IMG/VR virus record: IMGVR_UViG_3300036466_000234
Span: 1 to 63,439 of that record
Reading direction: 5' to 3' (one strand)
Source: a virus
Lineage: Duplodnaviria; Caudoviricetes
DNA: 63,439 bases
Below, in pieces: positions 1-8,376 of the stretch (positions are counted from its first letter, which is position 1; every line of letters starts with the position of its first letter). Under the pieces are notes generated by a model. It worked only from the letters and a program-made list of their open reading frames with translations, was not told where the DNA came from and did no database searches. Made by a program: the position numbers and the translations under genes.

Positions 1-10
1 GACAATAAAA

Positions 11-34
11 AAAGACAGAAATTAATCTGTCTTT
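11..34. terminator. Probable intrinsic terminator hairpin (AAAGACAGA-loop-TCTGTCTTT) ending the minus-strand operon
   Basis: Inverted repeat flanked by an A-tract (U-tract on the minus strand) just past the stop of ORF 44..259. Confidence 0.55.
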
Positions 35-43
35 AAAAATATG

Positions 44-259
44 TTACCCATTTGTGCCACACAACTCCATATCATCTATCCACACTTCATCATATTTACA
101 CAACTCTCTGTTACATCTAATGTTGTCTTGAGATAGATATATCAATCTTCCATCCTTTATATGAAACTCTTTAATCAATTCCCCCTCAATACAACTTTTA
201 CCATCAACAGTTTTAAATGTTACTAATTTATACATCCTACACTTCCTCCCAATACCCAT
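44..259 (-). CDS. Hypothetical phage protein (true start probably MYKL at about 235)
   Basis: ORF with GGGAGG RBS; no recognisable motif. Confidence 0.5.
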   Translation of the reverse strand: MGIGRKCRMYKLVTFKTVDGKSCIEGELIKEFHIKDGRLIYLSQDNIRCNRELCKYDEVWIDDMELCGTNG

Positions 260-525
260 TATATGTCATCCCTGTGACTTCTATACACCTATCATAACAA
301 TCCACTATCTTACCATCACAAAAAGCACATTCATCTTGACAGTCAGCCATGTTAGGCTTTTCTATCCACACATACTTCACGCCATCTCTTACAACCTCCA
401 TAACACTCATCTCCTTATTTATATAGTCGTGGCACACTCTGTGTAAAGTTCCATACAATTCTTGCTCATGCTTATTGCAATAATACTCATTTCTGTATAC
501 ACATGTACCACAATATTCTACAGTT
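237..525 (-). pseudogene. Cys-rich hypothetical gene truncated at its 5' end by the IS605-type element
   Basis: The frame stays open (TVEYCGTCVYRNEYYCNKHEQELYGTLH...) right up to the element's TCAC end at 526. Confidence 0.55.
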
Positions 526-640
526 GTGACATACTCTCACCACCTAGACTAACGTCTTGAGGGGGGAGCTTCTTGGGTAATAAGTACTTGTACTAGCTAC
601 CTAAGTTTACCAAGCTAACAGGGAATGCCCTTCCCTTTTT
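510..640 (-). ncRNA. Predicted TnpB omegaRNA (reRNA): scaffold overlapping the tnpB 3' end and right end, with a guide from flanking DNA (AACTGTAGAATATTGT)
   Basis: Established IS605 architecture; GGGCAT...ATGTC pseudoknot complementarity, subterminal hairpin, TCAC terminus at 526; boundaries approximate. Confidence 0.65.
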
Positions 641-1766
641 ATGTTGATAGACGCATTTACATCTCTATCGACTGTGTAACCACAATCACAAGAGAATGTA
701 CGGTCTGATAATTTCAGATTTGATTTTAGAGCACCACAAGAGGAACAAGTCTTAGAAGATGGATACCATTTATCAATCTTTATTACTTGCTTTCCTTCTA
801 GTTTAACTTTGTACTCAAGGAATGTGGTAAACATACCCCATCCATTATCAGATACAGACTTTCCAAAGTTAAGAGCCTGTGACATACCTTTCATATTAAG
901 GTCTTCAATGGCTATTGCCCCATACGTAGAAACAAGTTCTCTTGATTTCTTATGTAGAAAGTCTTTTCTCTGATTAGCTACCTTTTCGTGTAGCTTTGCG
1001 ACAATTAATCTTTGCTTATGGTAGTTATTAGAGCCTTTAACCCTCTTAGAGAGTTTTCTCTGTGCTCTAGCTAGTTTCTTTTCCATAGCTCTGTAATATC
1101 TTGGGAAATTGGCTTTCTTTCCATCTGATGATACATACAGTTCTTTCATAGAAAAGTCTAACCCTACCATATTGTCACTAGGTTGCTTTATTATCTCTAT
1201 TTGATACTCTGTAAGGATAGATATATAATACTTTCCTGTTGAAGTTCTAGAGATAGTGGCTGATTTGATTTTGTGATCTTGAGGTATAAGTCTATGGTTT
1301 ACAAAAGTAACTAATCCAAGCTTAGGAAGTTTGACCTTGTTTCCTTCAATTCTAATCGAGTTATTAACTGAATTGGTAGAATAAGACCTCTTAGGGTGTT
1401 TCTTACTCTTGAATTTAGGGAACTGTGCTCTTTTTTGAAAGAAGTTAGTAAAAGCTTTCTTCATATTCATTTGAGCATTAGCAAGAGCAAGGCTATCAAC
1501 TTCCTTTAACCAAGGAAACTCTTTCTTATACATAGCAGGAGTAAATATTTTACTCTTTCCAGTAGTTTCATAGTGAGCTTTACTATCAGCCAGCAATTTA
1601 TTGTAAATAAATCTAGCTGAACCAAAAGTTCTCTCTATAAGATTTCTTTGCTCTTGATTTGGTTTTAACCTAAATTTGTAAGCTTTGTTTAGTTTTTCCA
1701 TAGACTTTCACCTCCTTACTTTCTTTGATTTTGGATATATTGTTTAATAATTTCTATTGGAGCACG
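526..1766 (-). mobile_element. Non-autonomous IS200/IS605-family element: tnpA C-terminal remnant, tnpB and right end
   Basis: TnpA-like tail APIEIIKQYIQNQRK* directly upstream of tnpB; right end reads ...GAAGCTCCCCCCT...AGGTGGTGAGAGTATGTCAC. Confidence 0.85.
607..1701 (-). CDS. tnpB: RNA-guided endonuclease TnpB
   Basis: N-terminal KAYKFRLKPN HTH, RuvC motifs GLDFS / IEDLN / DRDVNAS, Zn ribbon SSKTCSSCG...CDCG. Confidence 0.96.
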   Translation of the reverse strand: MEKLNKAYKFRLKPNQEQRNLIERTFGSARFIYNKLLADSKAHYETTGKSKIFTPAMYKKEFPWLKEVDSLALANAQMNMKKAFTNFFQKRAQFPKFKSKKHPKRSYSTNSVNNSIRIEGNKVKLPKLGLVTFVNHRLIPQDHKIKSATISRTSTGKYYISILTEYQIEIIKQPSDNMVGLDFSMKELYVSSDGKKANFPRYYRAMEKKLARAQRKLSKRVKGSNNYHKQRLIVAKLHEKVANQRKDFLHKKSRELVSTYGAIAIEDLNMKGMSQALNFGKSVSDNGWGMFTTFLEYKVKLEGKQVIKIDKWYPSSKTCSSCGALKSNLKLSDRTFSCDCGYTVDRDVNASINIKREGHSLLAW

Positions 1767-1820
1767 ACACCCAATTAAAACTAACAACGCTACACATAGA
1801 ACATATTTAACTCCATTCAT
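1716..1820 (-). pseudogene. Chimeric 34-aa ORF: lipoprotein signal peptide (MNGVKYVLCVALLVLIGC) fused to a TnpA C-terminal remnant
   Basis: Manual translation; LIGC lipobox followed by RAPIEIIKQYIQNQRK, which includes the Y1 catalytic-helix motif YIxNQ. Confidence 0.7.
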
Positions 1821-2199
1821 CCATAACACGCCTAATTCTGCCTTTATCTAATCCTAAAATTTGTATATTCCTACCTGCTAATTTATAGTCTATACTATTA
1901 GCATCTGTGTCTTTCAGCATCTGTATGCACCACAATACATCTTCATCATTATTCTTAAATGTACCAAGTTTTAAATTACCGCACACCTTTGGAAAGAGTT
2001 TGCAACGCTCTATGAATAAATTTTGACTACCACCTGCTATTTTTGATCTAATTATACTAATAATCCCTTTATGCACATTAAACTCTATACTTATTTCAGT
2101 AAGAGATTTGCTCATGGCATATTCTTTGAATTTGTCCATATCTCCATCAAATCTATCATTCAGCACAGCATATAATTTTCCACCACTTCTAAGTTTCAT
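1807..2199 (-). CDS. Hypothetical protein (start MKLRSGG)
   Basis: ORF in a tightly packed operon. Confidence 0.55.
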   Translation of the reverse strand: MKLRSGGKLYAVLNDRFDGDMDKFKEYAMSKSLTEISIEFNVHKGIISIIRSKIAGGSQNLFIERCKLFPKVCGNLKLGTFKNNDEDVLWCIQMLKDTDANSIDYKLAGRNIQILGLDKGRIRRVMDEWS

Positions 2200-2200
2200 C

Positions 2201-2398
2201 TTACACCACCCTATAAAGATATTCTTTATGATTGTGTGAAGCTTTGAATGTACCATCATATAGCCAAAGATATACATGTTCGGGGTTTATGGATTCACAT
2301 CTCAACCAATAATACAACTCTTCTGCATAGCTCTCACTATCCATTAATAGCTGAGGCTCTCTGTTGAAATCACTAACATGGCTATAATTATATATCAT
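2201..2398 (-). CDS. Hypothetical protein
   Basis: ORF overlapping the stop of the upstream gene. Confidence 0.5.
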   Translation of the reverse strand: MIYNYSHVSDFNREPQLLMDSESYAEELYYWLRCESINPEHVYLWLYDGTFKASHNHKEYLYRVV

Positions 2399-2601
2399 TC
2401 AACATCGCCACAATACGATTTAACTAAACTTATAATCTTATCAGTCTCGGCTAATGTAACATCTCTTTGCAATACAGTTCTAATAGCAGTGGGGTATTGG
2501 TATCCTTCGCTCTCTGCTAATCCTTTAATTCTTTTTAAATCTTCAATAAATTTAATTTTCATTATTTGAGTCCCCCTAATTTTCATCTCTATATCTGTCA
2601 A
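2395..2601 (-). CDS. Hypothetical protein
   Basis: ORF in operon; start uncertain. Confidence 0.5.
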   Translation of the reverse strand: MTDIEMKIRGTQIMKIKFIEDLKRIKGLAESEGYQYPTAIRTVLQRDVTLAETDKIISLVKSYCGDVE

Positions 2602-2716
2602 TTTCCATATCTATCTCAATTTGACATCCTTCACAATATCCCATAGTTAATTCCTCCGTATAGAACCACCTACCACATCTAGCACAAGTCTGTTCATTAG
2701 TATCCAAGTCTACCAA

Positions 2717-2917
2717 TTATAATACCTCCTTAATAGATATTTTATCATCGCTAGACATAAAAACATTCTCGTCACTAATGCAAGGTGTGAAATATATTCC
2801 TTTGTCGCAATAACTATCAGCAATGCTTGGTATCAAATCCTTTAATGTGCCCTTTTCTACATTTAATTCTAACACAATCTCACCAGTATAATTATCTGTC
2901 ACCTCAAATTTTCTCAT
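2717..2917 (-). CDS. Hypothetical protein
   Basis: GGAGG RBS; first gene after the promoter at 2946-2974. Confidence 0.6.
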   Translation of the reverse strand: MRKFEVTDNYTGEIVLELNVEKGTLKDLIPSIADSYCDKGIYFTPCISDENVFMSSDDKISIKEVL

Positions 2918-2945
2918 AACTACCTCCGTTTATTTGATATGATTA

Positions 2946-2974
2946 ATTATAACACATTCAATACAATACGTCAA
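2946..2974 (-). promoter_or_regulatory. Sigma70-type promoter TTGACG-17-TATAAT with extended -10
   Basis: Consensus match; drives the operon that includes tnpB. Confidence 0.75.
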
Positions 2975-3137
2975 CACTTTTATTTTTTATTTTAGCAAAG
3001 AGTCGAGGTGGCGTATGTTTCCACGCTACCCGACAATATTATTTTATTATTTAAATTACTATTATATTATTATTAGCAAAAAAGTCGCCTCGCTTAATCC
3101 CTGTATAATACCAACCTAATGAGTGATTGCATATGTA

Positions 3138-3199
3138 ATTAGGGTGCAAACCGAGACGATTAGGGTGCAAACCGAGACGATTAGGGTGCAAACCGAGAC
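3138..3199. repeat. Three tandem 21-bp iteron-like repeats ATTAGGGTGCAAACCGAGAC(G)
   Basis: Copies at 3138, 3159 and 3180, abutting the stop of a Rep_3-like gene; AT-rich tract at about 3035-3075. Confidence 0.9.
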
Positions 3200-3202
3200 A
3201 GT

Positions 3203-3943
3203 CTAACTTTTGTCATAAAATTCTATTTTATGTATACGCCTCTCATTATTATCCTTGTATATTTTCTCAAAATCCATATCTAGCCCCATATTTTTATTAA
3301 CTCTTGGAATAGCTTTTGAAATCTCTCTTATTATAACCTTAGTGCTTGTGCCTTTACCTATCAAAGCTCTAAAATTTTCAATGGTAATTTCAAAGTTTAC
3401 ATATTCAGAATTTATCCATTTAGAAAATAAAACATACAATACTATCTCATAGACCGTATTGCATTCACTCATGTTCTGCAAATCTAGAATTGTAAACTCT
3501 CTTAAATTAGTTATTGCATTTATTGCCTCATCTGTAAATAATAAATCTAAAATATATATATCGTCTTTGCTATAACTTACTTTTTCTAGTATATTAAAAT
3601 GAGTTATCTTTCTATTTTTTATATAAGTACATTTAGCAGATAGCATTTTCTTGGCAACGGTATCTCTATATTGCTTTTTAGTGAAATTTTCTGGATAATC
3701 TCTTATATCCACACTTATATTCTTCTCATATATTATCTTATCTGCATTTATAGATTGCAATACACTTAATAGATAATATACTAATTTATAATCCATTACT
3801 TGGGATTTTAATGTTAACCCCGTTTCTTCTTTATATTGCTCTTTATTTATGTGTATACTCTCCTCTCCTCTTTTTAATCTTATAAATTTTTTATCTATTT
3901 TACCCAATTTCTTCCACATCCTCCATATACATACAAAAATCAA
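3203..3943 (-). CDS. Plasmid-type replication initiator (Rep_3/RepB-like); start uncertain
   Basis: FTILDLQNMSECNTVYEIVLY...FEITIENFRALIG...ISKAIPRVNK...IHKIEF pattern typical of Rep_3 winged-helix initiators; adjacent iterons. Confidence 0.75.
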   Translation of the reverse strand: MIFVCIWRMWKKLGKIDKKFIRLKRGEESIHINKEQYKEETGLTLKSQVMDYKLVYYLLSVLQSINADKIIYEKNISVDIRDYPENFTKKQYRDTVAKKMLSAKCTYIKNRKITHFNILEKVSYSKDDIYILDLLFTDEAINAITNLREFTILDLQNMSECNTVYEIVLYVLFSKWINSEYVNFEITIENFRALIGKGTSTKVIIREISKAIPRVNKNMGLDMDFEKIYKDNNERRIHKIEFYDKS

Positions 3944-4097
3944 ACCCTTGTAGCCTTATCATTTTTCCTCTAACTTCTCTTACAATATAAACCTTACCAC
4001 CATTCTCTAATATCCAATTATAAAACTCTGTATCGGGGAATAAGCCACCTATCTCATTAACAGTTTTAATTCTAACTTTGCTATCTACCTTAATCAT
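3900..4097 (-). CDS. Small SH3/KOW-like hypothetical protein
   Basis: KVDSKVRIK...GKVYIVREV pattern; GGGAGG RBS. Confidence 0.5.
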   Translation of the reverse strand: MIKVDSKVRIKTVNEIGGLFPDTEFYNWILENGGKVYIVREVRGKMIRLQGFDFCMYMEDVEEIG

Positions 4098-4126
4098 TAT
4101 ACCTCCCTATAAAAAGAGAGAAGGAT

Positions 4127-4600
4127 TTAACCCTCTCTCAATGCTAATTCTAATTCACGCTCCGCAAACCATATTATTTTATTTAAATCTCTAACCCTAT
4201 CAGAATGATCGCAATTCCCTAGTCTATAGCAAGCTTTCAGAATATTACCAAGACTAAAATTCATATCTTTATACTCTATTAAATCTTGTATATCTTTTGC
4301 ACCTTTAGGTAGAGCATAATATGAAGTGCTACCACCGTTGTCAACGGATTGCGGTTTTGAATCTTCCTTATCCATTTCTGTCGACCCTTCAATCATTTCA
4401 TCGCTCCAACTCCACTTGCCACCATCTAAGTTGATACGGTATCTGTTACCCTCCTTAAATATGATCTCACATTCCCTTCCTTTATATTTTGACATATCAT
4501 CTACAACATCAAAAATACGACCTACATGTTCATTTAAATCCTCTCTAATTCTAACTTTATCCCCAATTTCATATTTCATTTCTCTCCTCCATATAATCAA
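4127..4600 (-). CDS. DUF3310-like protein with N-terminal SH3-like domain
   Basis: GGSTSYY...MNFSLGNILKACYRLG...RDLNKIIWF motif. Confidence 0.65.
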   Translation of the reverse strand: MIIWRREMKYEIGDKVRIREDLNEHVGRIFDVVDDMSKYKGRECEIIFKEGNRYRINLDGGKWSWSDEMIEGSTEMDKEDSKPQSVDNGGSTSYYALPKGAKDIQDLIEYKDMNFSLGNILKACYRLGNCDHSDRVRDLNKIIWFAERELELALREG

Positions 4601-4781
4601 TTTCTATACTGACTTCTCTCATTAGCTTTGTGTATTTGTGATTTTGATTCTCTAAATATATCACATATCCTAGCGAACTAAACATAGTACATTTACTCAG
4701 TTTGTTATTAATATCTATTAATTTATGTTGATAATATAGTTCAACACTACGTAATCTTTTATATAAATTATAATTTATCAT
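4569..4781 (-). CDS. Hypothetical protein
   Basis: ORF with RBS. Confidence 0.5.
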   Translation of the reverse strand: MINYNLYKRLRSVELYYQHKLIDINNKLSKCTMFSSLGYVIYLENQNHKYTKLMREVSIEIDYMEERNEI

Positions 4782-4790
4782 ATATCACCC

Positions 4791-5330
4791 TTATTTCTTT
4801 ATAGCGTCATACACAACAGTTCTACGACTCCATCCGTAAATAAATGCCTTATTTTTATCCCTAGCTTCTGTAATTTCAACATATCTAGCAATCTTTAGCA
4901 TTTCAAATAACACTTTTATTCTATCTACATCTTTATATTCATTCACAATTTCTATAGTATTTTTTCCTATCATGCCATCCTCAGCTAATACATCTTTTTT
5001 ATAAGCCCAATTAGTAGCCTTTTGCAATAGCCTAGCAGATGTTTTTATGCCACAATTTACCCCACAGTCATACACCATATAGCTTAATTCTTCATCGTAG
5101 ATATCATCCAACCTAAGAGTTTTCCAATATTCATTATAATATATTTCTACTGCCATTTCATAACTAAGATCGCGCATATCTCCATTATAACCATTTGCTC
5201 TAGCCACAGATTCTGTAATTCCCATAGAGGTGCAACCACCACTATCATTTATGTGATTAGAATACCCACCTTCTAGTTTAATAGTTTTTTCAATACTTTT
5301 TTTCGCCAACAAACTAATATTTGTTTTCAT
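4791..5330 (-). CDS. Endolysin, glycoside hydrolase family 108 with peptidoglycan-binding domain
   Basis: EGGYSNHINDSGGCTSMGIT catalytic motif, DGMIGKNT, FIYGWSRR; GGAGG RBS upstream of MKTN. Confidence 0.9.
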   Translation of the reverse strand: MKTNISLLAKKSIEKTIKLEGGYSNHINDSGGCTSMGITESVARANGYNGDMRDLSYEMAVEIYYNEYWKTLRLDDIYDEELSYMVYDCGVNCGIKTSARLLQKATNWAYKKDVLAEDGMIGKNTIEIVNEYKDVDRIKVLFEMLKIARYVEITEARDKNKAFIYGWSRRTVVYDAIKK

Positions 5331-5364
5331 AAATAACATTCCTCCAATTATTAAAAAAATAAAC

Positions 5365-5556
5365 TTATTTGTATTTTTTTTCATTAAAATATACCTCTTT
5401 AAAACATTCCAAATATCCTCCAAATTTATTTTTTGGAATATATTTATTGCGTCTATTTATATTATGATATTCAACTTCTAAATTTATAGCATTATATAAA
5501 TCAGTATCTATTAAATCTAATATTTTAAAATTATACCCATTAACATTTCTATAATA
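5365..5556 (-). pseudogene. C-terminal remnant of a GIY-YIG-like homing endonuclease
   Basis: Manual translation ...AINLEVEYHNINRRNKYIPKNKFGGYLECFK...*; no start codon, upstream in-frame TAG. Confidence 0.5.
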
Positions 5557-5590
5557 CTAACATTATCTATCATTACCACACCACCCATAT

Positions 5591-5680
5591 AAAATTGTAT
5601 CGCTTTTTACCACTAAATTGTATCGCAAAATTGTATCGCTTTTTGAAAATTGAGATTTTTGTAACTTGTGATACAATTTT
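5591..5680. repeat. AAATTGTATCGC direct repeats (x3) plus one partial inverted copy
   Basis: Copies at about 5591, 5615 and 5627; inverted GATACAATTTT at 5670. Confidence 0.75.
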
Positions 5681-5707
5681 TACATCTCATATAGTCATAT
5701 AAAGCCG

Positions 5708-5788
5708 TGAGAGAGCCATAGAATCATTTTAAATCACTTTAGGTAATCTAATTAGGATTGAATTTAAAATAGCTCATATGGACTCTCA
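5708..5788. other. Long imperfect palindrome; candidate single-strand origin/priming signal
   Basis: Nested pairs TGAGAG/CTCTCA, CCATA/TATGG, ATTTTAAAT/ATTTAAAAT. Confidence 0.45.
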
Positions 5789-5800
5789 GAACCTCATAGC

Positions 5801-6079
5801 CTATTCTTCTATTTTTTCTAATACTATATTTTTAATATTACCTTCTATTCTACTAATATATTTTAACAGATCGGAAAGAGTTTGTGCTTCATCGCATGAT
5901 TCATTTATATATTCCTTAGATATTCTAGTAGCTATGCCATCTAAATCTCTGAAATATCCTCTAAATGTCCATGCCACTTTTTCCTCTCCATCTTTCTCTG
6001 TAATAGATTTTTCTGATAACACAATATTTAAATTATCCTTTCTGTCAATTTTCCACTTATCAAATAATATTACCGACAT
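5801..6079 (-). CDS. Hypothetical phage protein
   Basis: W..RGYF motif common in phage proteins; GGGGGAG RBS. Confidence 0.6.
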   Translation of the reverse strand: MSVILFDKWKIDRKDNLNIVLSEKSITEKDGEEKVAWTFRGYFRDLDGIATRISKEYINESCDEAQTLSDLLKYISRIEGNIKNIVLEKIEE

Positions 6080-6233
6080 TTATACTCCCCCTTTAAATTT
6101 ATCGCACGCTGGATGTTCTAATGTATTTTGCATATCCTTTTCCACATGATTATAATAACACAATTCATAATGTTTGCAATCTCCACAGCAATTTCCTACT
6201 TTAATTGCATCACCGTAAAACCATCTTAGAAAT

Positions 6234-6620
6234 TTATTCATTAAACCTCCTAAATTCATTAGTTTCTATATCCAGCACCTTAGCCATAGCAAAGAATTTC
6301 TCATTGTGACCTTGATTCTTATCATTCAATATTTCAGTAGCTATGTGTACAATTTCATGCTCTATCACACTCCTAAGTAGCATTTCATCGTCTAATTGTA
6401 TTGTAGCTATATTAATTTCTAATATAATACCAACAACTATATTCTTATATCTATGAAATCCTGTCCTAGCTGTGATATTTTTAGGCAACTCTTTCACAGA
6501 TATATTCACTATACTTACCACATCCTCTCCTAAATGCTCTATTACAATATTCTCAGCATATGCAATTTCTTTAGAATACATATTTATCGCTTTGAAATAA
6601 TCTGAATGTATAATAACCAT
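6234..6620 (-). CDS. SprT-like zinc metalloprotease
   Basis: VIEHEIVH (HExxH) followed by GHNEKF. Confidence 0.75.
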   Translation of the reverse strand: MVIIHSDYFKAINMYSKEIAYAENIVIEHLGEDVVSIVNISVKELPKNITARTGFHRYKNIVVGIILEINIATIQLDDEMLLRSVIEHEIVHIATEILNDKNQGHNEKFFAMAKVLDIETNEFRRFNE

Positions 6621-6996
6621 GCTTTGTTTCTAATAGATTAACATTATATAAATTTTTAAAATAACCTATTGCATTATCAATCTCACGCTCTGTATATCCA
6701 AAAGATTTAATTAAAAATTCTCTTGGCGATACATCTACATTTGGAATTTCATTGAAATCTATGTTATCTCTTTTACAATCATACACCTTCTTCATAAAGG
6801 AATATTTATGGCATAGGAGTTTATATGCCGACTCTCTTTTCCCTTTTCTATGTATCGTATTCTTAGATGTGCCTGTTGGGTGCTTCTTTGCTCTGCCATT
6901 GAGTTTCATATCTCTATAGCTGTACTTAACTCCTCCATGCAAACTGCCTTTTGTGATAATTATACTCAATATGTCGATGTATTTTTCTTTACTCAT
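6571..6996 (-). CDS. Hypothetical protein
   Basis: ORF with GGAGGGG RBS after a promoter at 7026-7054. Confidence 0.55.
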   Translation of the reverse strand: MSKEKYIDILSIIITKGSLHGGVKYSYRDMKLNGRAKKHPTGTSKNTIHRKGKRESAYKLLCHKYSFMKKVYDCKRDNIDFNEIPNVDVSPREFLIKSFGYTEREIDNAIGYFKNLYNVNLLETKHGYYTFRLFQSDKYVF

Positions 6997-7090
6997 AAAT
7001 CCCCTCCGTTTTCTATTATGTAATAATTATAACACGTTATAAAATAAAATGCAAGGACTTTTTTTGAATCCTTGCATAATTTTTTATTGA

Positions 7091-8353
7091 TTACATATCA
7101 GCAAATATTTTACTAGCTTCACTTCTAACATCTTCTTCTAACACTACACATGAAACTAAATCCAACCCTTTAGATATGTCTATAAAATGGACTAGACCAT
7201 TATTATTCAAATAGGCACGTTCAGACTGAGAGTAGTCTCCAGAGAATATAATTTCTGAATTTTCTCCTATTCTAGAGCCTAGCAATTTTAATGTTTTTAT
7301 AGTTAAATCCTCAGCTTCGTCTACCACCATAGTAGTATTTTTCAAACTTCTACCTTTTGCATGTAATGGAATCATCAATTCTAGTTTGCCTTGATCCATT
7401 TTCTTCATAAATTCAACCTCTCCACCTTCTAGATTATCAACTATAGGCATAAAGTAAGGCATAAGCTTTGTTAGTAAATCCCCTTTTAAGAATCCCACAT
7501 CGGCAGAGTCTGTATCTCCCATTGGATTCCTAACAAACATAATTTTCTTTCCACTAAATCCTATTGACTCATACCACGCATATTGCGTTGCCAAGAAGCT
7601 TTTCCCTGAACCAAACCCGCCCGCTATAATCTTAATTGGAGACTCTTTATTTAACATCATATCTATAGCAAAAGCTTGTTGCATATTCTTTGGTAACATT
7701 CTATCGGAAGTTTGCAATTTAACAATTCTTTTCTTTTTAGAATCCCATCTACCTAGACTAGAACCTTTCGTTCCTTCTATACAAATATATTCATTGGGAT
7801 ATAATTCAAACACATTCTCATTAAAATTCTGATTTGATATATTGGCATAGTGTTTTGTTATCTTTTGATCTACATCTTCACTCTCACCATATCTAAATAT
7901 CCTATATCCTTTAAATTCTGAGTTAAGAATTTTCTGTCCACCAATACGTTCTATTTCAATTCTAACATATTCATTTTTTAGATTGTGATTTCTGCAATAT
8001 ATAACTAAATCTTTATCGGCAGTTAGCAATGTGGATTCACCAAATAACTTTCTATACCTCAATGCTATCTCAAATATAACACCATCATTATCTATTCCTA
8101 TACTATATGATTTAATATTGTAGTGGTCTTTCTCACCATATATCTCAAAATTAGGCTCATATATCCACTTCTCTGCTATTAGATTTAAAACTTCTCTAGA
8201 CAATCTGCTAGAGTCTAAATAACCTTTCTTTAAGTTTGTTAATTCTAAGAATACAGTGTGAGGAATAATAACCTTATCTTCTTTGTTTTCCATTTTTTCT
8301 TCTACTAAGCTTGGGTTAGATAATAATGCACATGTATCAAAAATGTAATTCAT
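7091..8353 (-). CDS. phoH: PIN-PhoH (PhoH2-like) ATPase/ribonuclease
   Basis: N-terminal PIN FDTCAL...NDGVI...TADKDL; Walker A GGFGSGKS, KGRSL, VDEAED, SRIGENS, GDYSQ. Confidence 0.9.
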   Translation of the reverse strand: MNYIFDTCALLSNPSLVEEKMENKEDKVIIPHTVFLELTNLKKGYLDSSRLSREVLNLIAEKWIYEPNFEIYGEKDHYNIKSYSIGIDNDGVIFEIALRYRKLFGESTLLTADKDLVIYCRNHNLKNEYVRIEIERIGGQKILNSEFKGYRIFRYGESEDVDQKITKHYANISNQNFNENVFELYPNEYICIEGTKGSSLGRWDSKKKRIVKLQTSDRMLPKNMQQAFAIDMMLNKESPIKIIAGGFGSGKSFLATQYAWYESIGFSGKKIMFVRNPMGDTDSADVGFLKGDLLTKLMPYFMPIVDNLEGGEVEFMKKMDQGKLELMIPLHAKGRSLKNTTMVVDEAEDLTIKTLKLLGSRIGENSEIIFSGDYSQSERAYLNNNGLVHFIDISKGLDLVSCVVLEEDVRSEASKIFADM

Positions 8354-8376
8354 ATTGCCCCCTCGGTATATTTATT

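Noticed and set aside
3138-3199. Tandem repeats as a CRISPR array
   Set aside because: Repeats are contiguous with no spacers, no cas operon is present, and they abut a rep gene.
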